Assembly (NCBI GenBank): GCA_046582655.1
Contig: JAYGDX010000141.1
Coordinates: 17,055-81,054 of the forward strand
Length of the DNA: 64,000 bases
Direction of reading: 5' to 3'
Source of the DNA: Candidatus Poribacteria bacterium
GTDB taxonomy: Bacteria > Poribacteria > WGA-4E > UBA9662
Within the stretch, counting starts at the first letter, position 1. Every line of letters begins with the position of its first letter. Positions 10,370 through 19,921 of the stretch are shown here, piece by piece. The position numbers were made by a program, and so were the translations under genes. The notes under the pieces are model-generated. The model was not told where the DNA came from and searched no databases. It saw only the letters and a program-made list of their open reading frames with translations.

Positions 10370-10506
10370 CAAAGTCTTAGATCTATTTATTCCATCGTCC
10401 ATAACAGTCTCCGGCATGACGATCTAAAGCTAGACGTGTTGTGCAGAGCTGAATGATGTGCCACTTTGTTTAATATCGATTCTCAAGTCATGCATAGATA
10501 GTAAAA

Positions 10507-11490
10507 ATGAGTCAAATCTATCGTATTGCGATTGTCGGTTGTGGAGGAATTTCAAAAGCCCATGGAACTGCCTGTCAGGAATCTGATCAACTAGATCTGG
10601 TTGCGGCCTGTGATATCAACCCACAGGCACTTAAGAGCTTTGCTGATCAATTCAATGTTGAGCATACTTACCTTGACCTTCGTCAGATGCTGGAAAAGCA
10701 GACTCCTGATGTACTAGTGGTTGCAACCTGGCCAACACTTCATTTGAATAATATCTTGGAAGCTGTCCGTGGCAACACAAAAGCAATTCTTTGCGAAAAA
10801 CCAATTGCGCTAAATGCCAATCAGGTGAAGCAGATGATTCAGGTAACCACCAAGCATGATGTCCTACTGATGGAAGGATTTATGTATCGTCACCATCCAT
10901 TGACTTTGACCGTTAAACAGAAAATTGAGTCGGGTGAGATTGGTGAGATTCGCTATATTAGAACTACATTTACTACAGGTCTAACGGATTATACAAATTG
11001 GCGCCTCCGTGGAGATCTTGGTGGTGGAGCCATGATGGATCTTGGTTGCTACTGCATAAATGCTATTCGCTATTTCATCGGTTCAGAACCTGAACGGGTT
11101 TGGGCGTCAGGAAGATACGTTTCCGCCACCAACGTTTGGGAAACGGTCTGCGGAACTTTTGACTTTGGCAATGGCGTTTCTGGTCAGTTTGATAGCGGTT
11201 TCGGCACATTATGGCGAGAGTCATATGAAATTGTGGGTACCGCAGGGTCTATTCTGGCACCAGTTGCCTGGGGAAACAACAAAGGCGATACAAGTTTTAT
11301 TTTGAACGGTGAAACAGTTGAGGTCGATGGTGCAAACCCCTATGCTGCTGAGTTGACCAATTTATGCCAAGCAACATCGACAAACGATCCCCTGCTTGTG
11401 CCGCTGGAAGATTCGCTTGAAAATGCACGGGTTATTGATGCTATTCATGAATCAGCCAAGTCTGGTAGATGTGTCACTGTTGAGAGATAA
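10507..11490 (+). CDS. Gfo/Idh/MocA family oxidoreductase
   Basis: IAIVGCGGI, LCEKPIA, EGFMYRHHP, GGGAMMDLGCY. Confidence 0.92.
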   Translation: MSQIYRIAIVGCGGISKAHGTACQESDQLDLVAACDINPQALKSFADQFNVEHTYLDLRQMLEKQTPDVLVVATWPTLHLNNILEAVRGNTKAILCEKPIALNANQVKQMIQVTTKHDVLLMEGFMYRHHPLTLTVKQKIESGEIGEIRYIRTTFTTGLTDYTNWRLRGDLGGGAMMDLGCYCINAIRYFIGSEPERVWASGRYVSATNVWETVCGTFDFGNGVSGQFDSGFGTLWRESYEIVGTAGSILAPVAWGNNKGDTSFILNGETVEVDGANPYAAELTNLCQATSTNDPLLVPLEDSLENARVIDAIHESAKSGRCVTVER

Positions 11491-11493
11491 TCT

Positions 11494-13815
11494 ATGCTTG
11501 ACTGGTTGATTAAGTATCCAGCTACTATCTTTCAGAACAGCAACATATCGTTCAAGATCCGACTTCCTGGTCTGATTATCTTTATTATTCTCATTGCACT
11601 TATTGCCGCGGCAATCTGGTCCTATCGGATTACTATCAACCAAACAAATGGCAGGAATCGGGGTTTTCTGATCTGTCTTCGATCTTCGATCTTAATGGTT
11701 ACCGCAATCGCCCTATTGAAACCATTTATGATGATCTACCAAACCGATCCTGACACGTCATACTTAGCAATTTTAGCTGACAGTTCAAAAAGTATGCAGG
11801 TTGTGGACATGCCTGATGGACAGTCTCGGATGGAGGTCACTAACCAACTTCTCTTTGATCCGGATCAAGGGATACTCGAGAAACTGAACCAGAAGTTCAA
11901 AACGCGACTCTTCACCTTTGACAGTCAGTTGAAGCGAATCAACTCAACTGAAATCACATCGGCAGAAGGTGAAGCCACTCACTTTCCTGAGGCCATTAAT
12001 CAAGTCGTCGAAGATTTGAAAGGTGTTCCGCTATCCGGTATCGTAGTTTTCAGTGACGGTGCCGATAAAAGTGGTGTTGATATTTCAAAGCTTGCCCTAC
12101 AGATGCGAGATCGGAAGTTACCCATCCATGCCGTCGGAATCGGAGCCTTAGAGAATTTTCAGGATTTAGAAATTTTGCGCGTTGACGCACCTCGTATGGC
12201 GGAAGAGGATTTTCCAGTTGACATATGGGTAACTGTTGTGCGAAAAGGTTATCAAGAGAAAAAAACGACCATTCGCTTGGTTGATAAGAATCGCGTGATA
12301 AAATCACAAGCAATCAACTTAGATAAAACCCACCGGATACTTCGAATACCAATCAAGTTTATACCTCGGAATTCGGGCACCCAAAAATTTATCGTCGAAA
12401 TTCCAACCGAAAAAGATGAAGTCATCTCACAAAACAACGCCAAAAAATTCCTGATCAAAGTTTCGCCCAGTAAACGAGGCAAGATTCTATTTGTTGATGG
12501 TCGTCCAAGACAAGAATTTGCTTTCATCAAGCGTGCTTTGAAAAAAGATCCCAACATTCAAGTGATTGATCGATACATTACAGATGATAAACATTTCGGT
12601 GGCACGCAACAGGGAGAACGAAGTTTTGGCCTTTACCCAGACACAATAGAGGATTTATTCGATTATGATGCTATCATTTTCGGTAGTATTAATGCTTCCC
12701 AATTTACCAAGGAGCAGCTTGAAAACACAGCCAGATTTGTACAAACACGCGGCGGTGGGTTTTTAATGCTAGGTGGATCTGACTCGCTAGGTCATGCCGA
12801 AGCTGAAAGTTCCTATATTAACACCCCAATTGCGCAAATTTTACCTGTTGAACTTCAACTTGGCACACCAGTTATTAATTCCGCTAACCAGAAACGGCAA
12901 AGACAACCACAGCAAAGCCCTACCCCCGGCTACCAGATTAAATTGACAGCCGAAGGCAAAATCGATTCACTCCTAACTCTATCAAACAATTCAAAAGATA
13001 ATTTGGATAAGTGGAAAAGTCTGCCTAATCTGCTTGGTTACAGCCAAGTCAGGCGGGCCAAGCCGGGAGCTGTTGTATTGGCCATTCATCCGCGAGATCG
13101 AAACGAATTCGGGAACCGTATTTTGATTGCCACTCATAATTACAATGCTGGTCGGGTAATGGTCTTTACACCACATAGTTCTTGGCGGTGGAAGATGCTT
13201 TCTCCTAAGGACGATGATCGGTATCAACGTTTCTGGCGACAGATTGCGAAATGGCTTATCACCCAACCCAAAGATCGACTCATCCTTGACATTGCTAAAA
13301 CTTCATACTTGCCCAAAGAACCCGTAATACTCAAGGCATCAGCGTTCGACCAGAATTTTGAACCGACGGATAAAGCCAAGATCCGAGCTGTTATTACTGG
13401 CAAAAACGGAAAGAAGAACGAAGTTAAGTTAGATTCGGTGCTCGGCGATCCCGGGTCTTATACTGGCCGATTTCTTCCACAAAAGCGTGGTGACTACAAG
13501 GTAAATCTAATCGGAAACTTAGCCGGAAAAAATCTAGGAAATCAGGATGGGCTTTTTGAGGTTGCCACCTCGGATGTCGAGTATAGTGACGCGAAATTGA
13601 ACGAACAATTATTAAAGGACATCGCAAGGTTGAGTGGTGGACAGTATTACACAATAGATCAGATTGATGAGATGGTTGAGAAAATTCCGCTAGTTGAAAG
13701 TTCTACATCAAAAATTGTTGAAGAAGATTTGTGGGATATACCGCTCGTTTTTGTAATAATCACTCTTCTTTTTAGTATCGAATGGTTGTGGCGGAAACGA
13801 ATTGGACTTGTATAA
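11494..13815 (+). CDS. Membrane-anchored VWA + class I glutamine amidotransferase-like protein
   Basis: N-terminal TM helices; MIDAS-like DSSKSM and FSDG; GGGFLMLGG; GRVM...WRW; C-terminal EWLWRKRIGLV anchor. Confidence 0.8.
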   Translation: MLDWLIKYPATIFQNSNISFKIRLPGLIIFIILIALIAAAIWSYRITINQTNGRNRGFLICLRSSILMVTAIALLKPFMMIYQTDPDTSYLAILADSSKSMQVVDMPDGQSRMEVTNQLLFDPDQGILEKLNQKFKTRLFTFDSQLKRINSTEITSAEGEATHFPEAINQVVEDLKGVPLSGIVVFSDGADKSGVDISKLALQMRDRKLPIHAVGIGALENFQDLEILRVDAPRMAEEDFPVDIWVTVVRKGYQEKKTTIRLVDKNRVIKSQAINLDKTHRILRIPIKFIPRNSGTQKFIVEIPTEKDEVISQNNAKKFLIKVSPSKRGKILFVDGRPRQEFAFIKRALKKDPNIQVIDRYITDDKHFGGTQQGERSFGLYPDTIEDLFDYDAIIFGSINASQFTKEQLENTARFVQTRGGGFLMLGGSDSLGHAEAESSYINTPIAQILPVELQLGTPVINSANQKRQRQPQQSPTPGYQIKLTAEGKIDSLLTLSNNSKDNLDKWKSLPNLLGYSQVRRAKPGAVVLAIHPRDRNEFGNRILIATHNYNAGRVMVFTPHSSWRWKMLSPKDDDRYQRFWRQIAKWLITQPKDRLILDIAKTSYLPKEPVILKASAFDQNFEPTDKAKIRAVITGKNGKKNEVKLDSVLGDPGSYTGRFLPQKRGDYKVNLIGNLAGKNLGNQDGLFEVATSDVEYSDAKLNEQLLKDIARLSGGQYYTIDQIDEMVEKIPLVESSTSKIVEEDLWDIPLVFVIITLLFSIEWLWRKRIGLV

Positions 13816-13830
13816 GAAAAAGGAGAAATC

Positions 13831-14796
13831 ATGACGAAAACCAATATTGCACTTATTGGTGCAGGAGGAATGGCGAACGGAGTTCACTATCCATCACTTG
13901 TGGAATTTGAAGACGTGAATCTTGTGGCTCTATGCGACCTTGTCGGATCAAAGTTACAGGCAACAGCCGAACGGTTCGGGATTGAAAACACGTTTACCGA
14001 CTACAAGAAAATGATTGAGGCTACCAGCCCCTCAGCCATTTATGTTCTGATGCCACCCCAACATCTATTTGAACCGGTTATGCATTCACTTGCCCAAGGG
14101 CTTGATGTTTTCATCGAAAAACCACCGGCTCTTACACTTCATCAGATTAAAGAGATGGCTAGGCTTGCCGAAAAGAACGGTTGCAAGACCATGGTTGGTT
14201 TTAATCGCCGCTTCGTTCCGTTAATGCAAAAAGTGAAATCTATTGTTGAAAGGAACGGACCAATTATTCAGTGTATGTCAACCTTTCATAAGAATAGCCC
14301 TTCAGCGCTATATTATAACGGTGTCATTGATGTGCTGACTTGTGATGCTATTCATGCTGTAGACGCGCTTCGCTGGCTGGGCGGTGGTGAAGTCAAAGCC
14401 GTTGCTAGCGATATTAACGCTTTTGACTCTGAACGCGAAAACAGTTTCAATGCAATTGTCAAGTTCGATAGTGGAGCGTCAGGTTATTTGTGCACCAACT
14501 GGGCTGTTGGCGCACGAATCCACACTTTTGAAATGCATGCACACGGCATTTCGGCATATATAAATCCAGATTTAGGTGAAAAAGCGGTAATTCATACCAG
14601 TGAGGGCATCCAAGAACTTGCCACCAATGAAGTTGCGGGTAGTAATGAGAACTATAAAGCTTATGGGTTCTATAACGAAAATCGTCATTTTGTTGATTGT
14701 TTGCAACAGAACCTACTTCCTGAAACCAACTTTACTGATGCCATTAAATCCATGGAACTGGTTGAAAAAATATATCAAAATCGGATTGACCTATAA
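13831..14796 (+). CDS. Gfo/Idh/MocA family oxidoreductase
   Basis: AAGGAG RBS; IALIGAGGMA, FIEKPPA, VGFNRRF, DAIHAVD. Confidence 0.92.
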   Translation: MTKTNIALIGAGGMANGVHYPSLVEFEDVNLVALCDLVGSKLQATAERFGIENTFTDYKKMIEATSPSAIYVLMPPQHLFEPVMHSLAQGLDVFIEKPPALTLHQIKEMARLAEKNGCKTMVGFNRRFVPLMQKVKSIVERNGPIIQCMSTFHKNSPSALYYNGVIDVLTCDAIHAVDALRWLGGGEVKAVASDINAFDSERENSFNAIVKFDSGASGYLCTNWAVGARIHTFEMHAHGISAYINPDLGEKAVIHTSEGIQELATNEVAGSNENYKAYGFYNENRHFVDCLQQNLLPETNFTDAIKSMELVEKIYQNRIDL

Positions 14797-14820
14797 ATAC
14801 ACCGAAAGAGCAACTATAAC

Positions 14821-15609
14821 ATGAAAATCCAAAGATCGATTTTTGTTGTATTCAGCATCTGTTACCTTCTGTCTGCACCAAGTCTAGTCGCCAAGAAGAG
14901 CAACTTTAAACCGCCGTGGTACAACTGTGTATACATTGATCAAAAGATTGAAATCGATGGCAAGTTAAATGAATCGGTATGGGAAAAAGCACAAGCGGTT
15001 CAACTGGTAAAAACTGACACTGGACAATTACCAAACAAGAAAACGGAAGCAAAAATGCTCTGGGATGATCAATATCTCTATGTCGGCTTTATTTGTTCGG
15101 ATAATGACATCTGGACAACCATTTCTGATCATGATGGACCAATTTATGGCGAAGAAGTGGTTGAAGTCTTTATTGATCCGGATAAGGATCAGAAAACCTA
15201 TATCGAGCTTGAAGTAAACCCGATGAACGTACTTTTTGATGGGTTCGTGATTAACGGGAAACAGCAACAGCTCGGAATTAAAGTTTTATTGGATTGGGAA
15301 AGTAGAGATCTCAAACACGCAGTTTTTATTGATGGACATCTTAAAACAAGTCACCCCAACCAGCGAGTTGAACCTAGCCAACCTGACCAATCGTGGTTCT
15401 GTGAGATGGCCATTCCATTTTCAGACTGTATCACCGCACCGAACATCCCGCCAAAAAAGGGAGATGAATGGCGACTAAATCTTTATCGTATCGAACGGGG
15501 AAAGATCAAGAAAGAAGACGAGTACTCGGCGTGGTCGCCAACACGAAAAATCGATTATCACCGACCACAACACTTTGGTATCCTCAGGTTTATGGAGTAT
15601 GAACAGTGA
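14821..15609 (+). CDS. Secreted carbohydrate-binding family 9-like (CBM9/DOMON-like) protein
   Basis: Signal peptide; IDGKLNESVW, LWDDQYLYVGF, EVVEVFIDPD, YIELEVNP, WRLNLYR, HRPQHFG. Confidence 0.85.
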   Translation: MKIQRSIFVVFSICYLLSAPSLVAKKSNFKPPWYNCVYIDQKIEIDGKLNESVWEKAQAVQLVKTDTGQLPNKKTEAKMLWDDQYLYVGFICSDNDIWTTISDHDGPIYGEEVVEVFIDPDKDQKTYIELEVNPMNVLFDGFVINGKQQQLGIKVLLDWESRDLKHAVFIDGHLKTSHPNQRVEPSQPDQSWFCEMAIPFSDCITAPNIPPKKGDEWRLNLYRIERGKIKKEDEYSAWSPTRKIDYHRPQHFGILRFMEYEQ

Positions 15610-15739
15610 TAATTCAAGCCAAGGTATTACACCAAGTCCAAGACCCGCAGTCACACAATTCTTATCTTGGCAAGGCTGAAACAAATAATCTATCTAACAT
15701 TTTTGCCGAATCACTGCTGTCGAAGGAAGTTAGAATTCT

Positions 15740-16936
15740 ATGAGTCTTGATCCTATTGTTATTGGTATTGTCGGGGCAGGATTCGCCGCTTCGTTCCATG
15801 TTGAAAATTATCGGCGTGTGCCGGGATTGGACATCCGGATAAAAGGTGTCACCTCCAAAAAGGCAGAAAGTGCTCAGGCCTTTGCCAAACGACATCAGCT
15901 TGAGACAACTTATGATTCTGTTGAAGAACTTCTGGCAGACCCAGAAATTACACTTGTTGATCTCTGTGTTCCCAATTACCTGCACCATTCATTCGTTATT
16001 CAAACAGCAAAAGCTGGCAAGCATATGGTCTGCGAAAAGCCGTTAACAGGTTATTTTGGTGATGGCAAAGAAAAGCTAGTAGGACATAAAACATCTCGAA
16101 AGGCGATGTTTGAAAATGCGCTTAAATCCGCCGATGAGATGGTAGATGCTGTCAAACACAGCGGGGTAACGTTCTGTTATGCCGAAAACTGGATCTATGC
16201 ACCCAGTGTGCAGAAAGCAAATAACATCTTGGCCCAAAGTGAGAACACAATTTTTCGTATTGTGGCTGAGGAATCGCATAGCGGATCCCACTCAGATTAC
16301 GCCAAAGAGTGGCGTTATTCCGGCGGAGGAAGTCTCTTTTATAAAGGTTGTCATCCTGTAGCCGGAGCACTTTATCTAAAGTACAATGAAGGTCAACGGA
16401 AAGAAGGCAAACCAATAAAACCCAAGAGTGTGCTGGCGCAAGTGGCCAACCTGACCCAGATTGACAGCTTCGTCAACGAAGACGAAAAGTGGGTTCAAAG
16501 TGGCTGGAAAGATTGTGAAGACTGGGGGACAATGGTTATTACTTTCACTGACAATTCTATAGCGCAGGTCACTGCTGCAGACATTGTGCTGGGAGGTATT
16601 ATGAACGTCATGACAGTCTACTCCAGCAAAGCTGTCGTTCAATGCAATATTAATCCCAACACAAGTATGCTATCCTATGCGCCAAACGATCAAGTCTTAG
16701 GCGATGTCTACATACGGGAGAAAGTGGAAACCCGAGCGGGTTGGCAATTGACCAACCCGGACGAAGATTGGATGAACGGTTTTCCTCATGAGTTGGAAGA
16801 CTTTTGCCAAGCAATAGCTGACGGCCGGTCACCCAAGAGTACCGTGGAGTTGGCGCGGGATATTTTGGCAGTCTGCTATGGAGCCTACATATCAGCAGAA
16901 ACGGAGAAACGATTTGTATTGTCAGATTGGATGTAA
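15740..16936 (+). CDS. Gfo/Idh/MocA family oxidoreductase
   Basis: IGIVGAGFAA, VCEKPLTG, YAENWIYAP, SGGGSL..KGCHP. Confidence 0.92.
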   Translation: MSLDPIVIGIVGAGFAASFHVENYRRVPGLDIRIKGVTSKKAESAQAFAKRHQLETTYDSVEELLADPEITLVDLCVPNYLHHSFVIQTAKAGKHMVCEKPLTGYFGDGKEKLVGHKTSRKAMFENALKSADEMVDAVKHSGVTFCYAENWIYAPSVQKANNILAQSENTIFRIVAEESHSGSHSDYAKEWRYSGGGSLFYKGCHPVAGALYLKYNEGQRKEGKPIKPKSVLAQVANLTQIDSFVNEDEKWVQSGWKDCEDWGTMVITFTDNSIAQVTAADIVLGGIMNVMTVYSSKAVVQCNINPNTSMLSYAPNDQVLGDVYIREKVETRAGWQLTNPDEDWMNGFPHELEDFCQAIADGRSPKSTVELARDILAVCYGAYISAETEKRFVLSDWM

Positions 16937-17024
16937 TCAGAAAGGAAATCCTAATCTTCAATATAGTCGATAAGTTTTTATTAATCTCTCTGAAATCAAT
17001 TAATAAAAATTAAGGAAAAATAAA

Positions 17025-18428
17025 ATGGTTGGCGAAAAAAAACTTCTTAACGACCAAGAAATGAGAGATTTTATTCAAAACGGTTACGTTACACTGAAAA
17101 CCGATCTACCAGCTTCATTTCACAACAACGTTTATCAAAAAGTGGAGGAAATGTTTGAGGACCATGGCAATCTTGGTAATAACATTCTTCCTCTCGTTCC
17201 AGACATGCAAAAAGTCTTCGATCACCCAGTGGTGCACGGCGCGATGACCAGTATACTGGGACCAAACTATGTGATGCACCCACACCGCTATTGCCACCTT
17301 AATCAACCAGGCAGTCAGGGACAAGGTTTTCATAAGGATAGTTATGAAGGGGATGAACAGGTGCGCCATCACCGCTGCCGATGGACGATGGCGTTTTATT
17401 ATCCTCAAGATACCACTGAAGACATGGGGCCGACCGCAGTACTACCTGGCACACAGTATTACGACACACATGAAACAGCACATTCACAACCGGAATTGTC
17501 GCTCTGTGGAAAAGCAGGAACGTTAACGATCGTACACTACGATCTTTGGCATCGGGCAATGCCGAACCATAGCCAGAAAAAACGCTATATGGTAAAGTTT
17601 CTTTTTATTCGCCTTGAAGATCCCCAAGAACCTTCCTGGGATAATGACCAAGCAAGATGGCAATCATCTCATAACGGAAACTCCGATAACAGACATCAGT
17701 TCATGTGGTCAAAGTTTTGGAACTGGTACCGGGGAAAACAAAACGGTGCCATCGAAGATATCGAATCAACACGCGAAAACACATCCAAGCTGATAAAAAC
17801 ACTGCAGGATAAAAATCAAGATGAAGCCCTTCGTCTTGAGGCAGCTTACGTACTAGGAACTATCGGGCCTTCCGTTGTTCCCACCTTGATAGAGATGTTG
17901 CGCGATGATTCTGAGGACGTCTCCCATCACGCAACTTTCGCCTTAGGAGCATCTGGCGGTTCTGCCATCCCAGCATTAATAACAGCGCTAGATGATACGG
18001 ATGAATCAGTTCGCGCCAACGCTGCTTTCGCCTTAGGTGATATTGGTCGATCAGCCCAAGAAGCGACACCGAAACTAACTCAATTGCTGAACGATGAATC
18101 GGAATGGGTGCGACGTCATGCTTCCGAGGCATTAGGAACAATTGGTCATCCGAGCGAAGAGACTGTTTCAGCGTTGACGTTGTTGCTACAGGATGAACAT
18201 TATTGGATTCGTGACAATGCGGCACGGGCACTGGCCAAGATGGGGATATCTGCTGAATCTGCGATACCGGCGTTAATCCCTGTGCTGAACGATGAGAATC
18301 GATACGTTCGTTTTCATGCGGCTTTGGCCCTGAAGCAGATTGGAACTTCTGCAGCGACTAACATTCTTTTCGATCACTTGTTAACCTCGCGCTGGTGTTC
18401 GTTGACAAACAGAAATAGCGCTTATTAA
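17025..18428 (+). CDS. PhyH dioxygenase fused to C-terminal HEAT/PBS-lyase repeats
   Basis: FIQNGYV, FHKD, VLPGTQY, DLWHRA; C-terminal 31-aa repeats (VRANAAFALGDIG, VRRHASEALGTIG, IRDNAARALAKMG). Confidence 0.9.
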   Translation: MVGEKKLLNDQEMRDFIQNGYVTLKTDLPASFHNNVYQKVEEMFEDHGNLGNNILPLVPDMQKVFDHPVVHGAMTSILGPNYVMHPHRYCHLNQPGSQGQGFHKDSYEGDEQVRHHRCRWTMAFYYPQDTTEDMGPTAVLPGTQYYDTHETAHSQPELSLCGKAGTLTIVHYDLWHRAMPNHSQKKRYMVKFLFIRLEDPQEPSWDNDQARWQSSHNGNSDNRHQFMWSKFWNWYRGKQNGAIEDIESTRENTSKLIKTLQDKNQDEALRLEAAYVLGTIGPSVVPTLIEMLRDDSEDVSHHATFALGASGGSAIPALITALDDTDESVRANAAFALGDIGRSAQEATPKLTQLLNDESEWVRRHASEALGTIGHPSEETVSALTLLLQDEHYWIRDNAARALAKMGISAESAIPALIPVLNDENRYVRFHAALALKQIGTSAATNILFDHLLTSRWCSLTNRNSAY

Positions 18429-18492
18429 ATTCAGACATTCGCAAGTCTTTAGGATTATCTTGGTGAACCTACTCAGGTATTGACATAATACG

Positions 18493-19872
18493 ATGAGCAA
18501 TGTAATTGATTACGGTGCAACAGGAGACGGAATCGCTGATGATACGGAGGCAATTCTGCACACACTTGATGCAGGCGATGGCACTCTCCAATTTTCATCC
18601 GGTAATTATCTCATCACAAGGACAATTCCGATTCGGCTAGATCAAACAGGCCGATTCTCAATTAACGGGTGTGGAGGAAGCACCAAGATTCTAATGGCTG
18701 GAGCAGGTCCGGCTTTTCATCTGATTGGAGAGCACCATCAATCGGCTGATCCTGCTAGTTTCAGTCCCGAGATATGGGCCAGCCAAAGGATGCCAACCGT
18801 TCAACACCTTGAAATTGAAGGCAAGCATCCAGACGCAGATGGTTTTTGGATTGAAGGAACCATGCAATCAACTTTGGTTGGAATATTGCTGCGCGAGTTA
18901 CGAAATGGAATCCATATTCGTCGGCATGCCAGAAATGTACTGATATCGCAATGCCATATCTATCATAACCGGGGTGTTGGTGTTTTTCTGGACTCTGTGA
19001 ACCTTCATCAAGTCATCATCGCTAATTCGCACATTAGTTACTGCTTACAGGGAGGTATCAAGGTCGTTAATTCGGAAATCCGGAATTTACATATTACTGG
19101 TAACGACATCGAATACAACTACGATGTAAAGGCTGATATTTCGGCCGATATCTGGATCGATTCCAGTCAAGATCGCTCGTCAGTTCGGGAGGGTAGTATT
19201 GTCAGTAACACTGTTCAAGCCAAGTATAGCCCTGGTGGCGCCAATATCCTGATGATTGGTCATCATCCAGAGAAAAATCATAAAGCCGGAATGTTTGCTA
19301 TTTCAGGTAACCTGATTGGTAGTCAGGAAACAAATGTCAACCTGATTGCCTGTCGCGGAGTCGTTGTCAGTGGAAATATCATTTACAGTGGACACCACCG
19401 TAATTTGCAAGTAGACGGATCACGAAATATTGTTATTGGCCAGAACACTTTCGACCATAATCCGGATTATGAACCCAATCAACTCTGCACCGGTATTCGT
19501 TTGACCGACAGCTATAATTGCATATTCAACGGGTCAATTATTCAAGACTGTCAAAGCGGTCAACACACGGTTCCTGAATCCAAACCAATTATCCGGAATG
19601 GATTATTAGAAATCATAAATTGTCAACGGATAAATGTAAATGGTTGCCAGATACTGGATGGCTATCCAAACGGTATCTATGTCGACAAATCGAAGGATGT
19701 TATTGTAAGCGGCTGCAACATCCTTGATACCAGAAAAGAACCCAAAACAGAATTTGCTGTGCAATGGACCGGAACCGGTAGCGGGAATTTTCTGACCAAT
19801 AACCGCTTGCAGAAACAAGTGGAGATCGATCTAGATTCTGGCGTGCAGCAAACCAATAACATGTTTGGTTAG
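18493..19872 (+). CDS. Right-handed parallel beta-helix protein (pectate lyase-like)
   Basis: NVIDYGATGDGIADDTEAI N-terminus; many IxxNxI/ITGNDIE rungs. Confidence 0.85.
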   Translation: MSNVIDYGATGDGIADDTEAILHTLDAGDGTLQFSSGNYLITRTIPIRLDQTGRFSINGCGGSTKILMAGAGPAFHLIGEHHQSADPASFSPEIWASQRMPTVQHLEIEGKHPDADGFWIEGTMQSTLVGILLRELRNGIHIRRHARNVLISQCHIYHNRGVGVFLDSVNLHQVIIANSHISYCLQGGIKVVNSEIRNLHITGNDIEYNYDVKADISADIWIDSSQDRSSVREGSIVSNTVQAKYSPGGANILMIGHHPEKNHKAGMFAISGNLIGSQETNVNLIACRGVVVSGNIIYSGHHRNLQVDGSRNIVIGQNTFDHNPDYEPNQLCTGIRLTDSYNCIFNGSIIQDCQSGQHTVPESKPIIRNGLLEIINCQRINVNGCQILDGYPNGIYVDKSKDVIVSGCNILDTRKEPKTEFAVQWTGTGSGNFLTNNRLQKQVEIDLDSGVQQTNNMFG

Positions 19873-19921
19873 ACAAGGCTTTTTTATTTTCCCAAAAACA
19901 TCTAGGGAGGAACGAGCAGAG

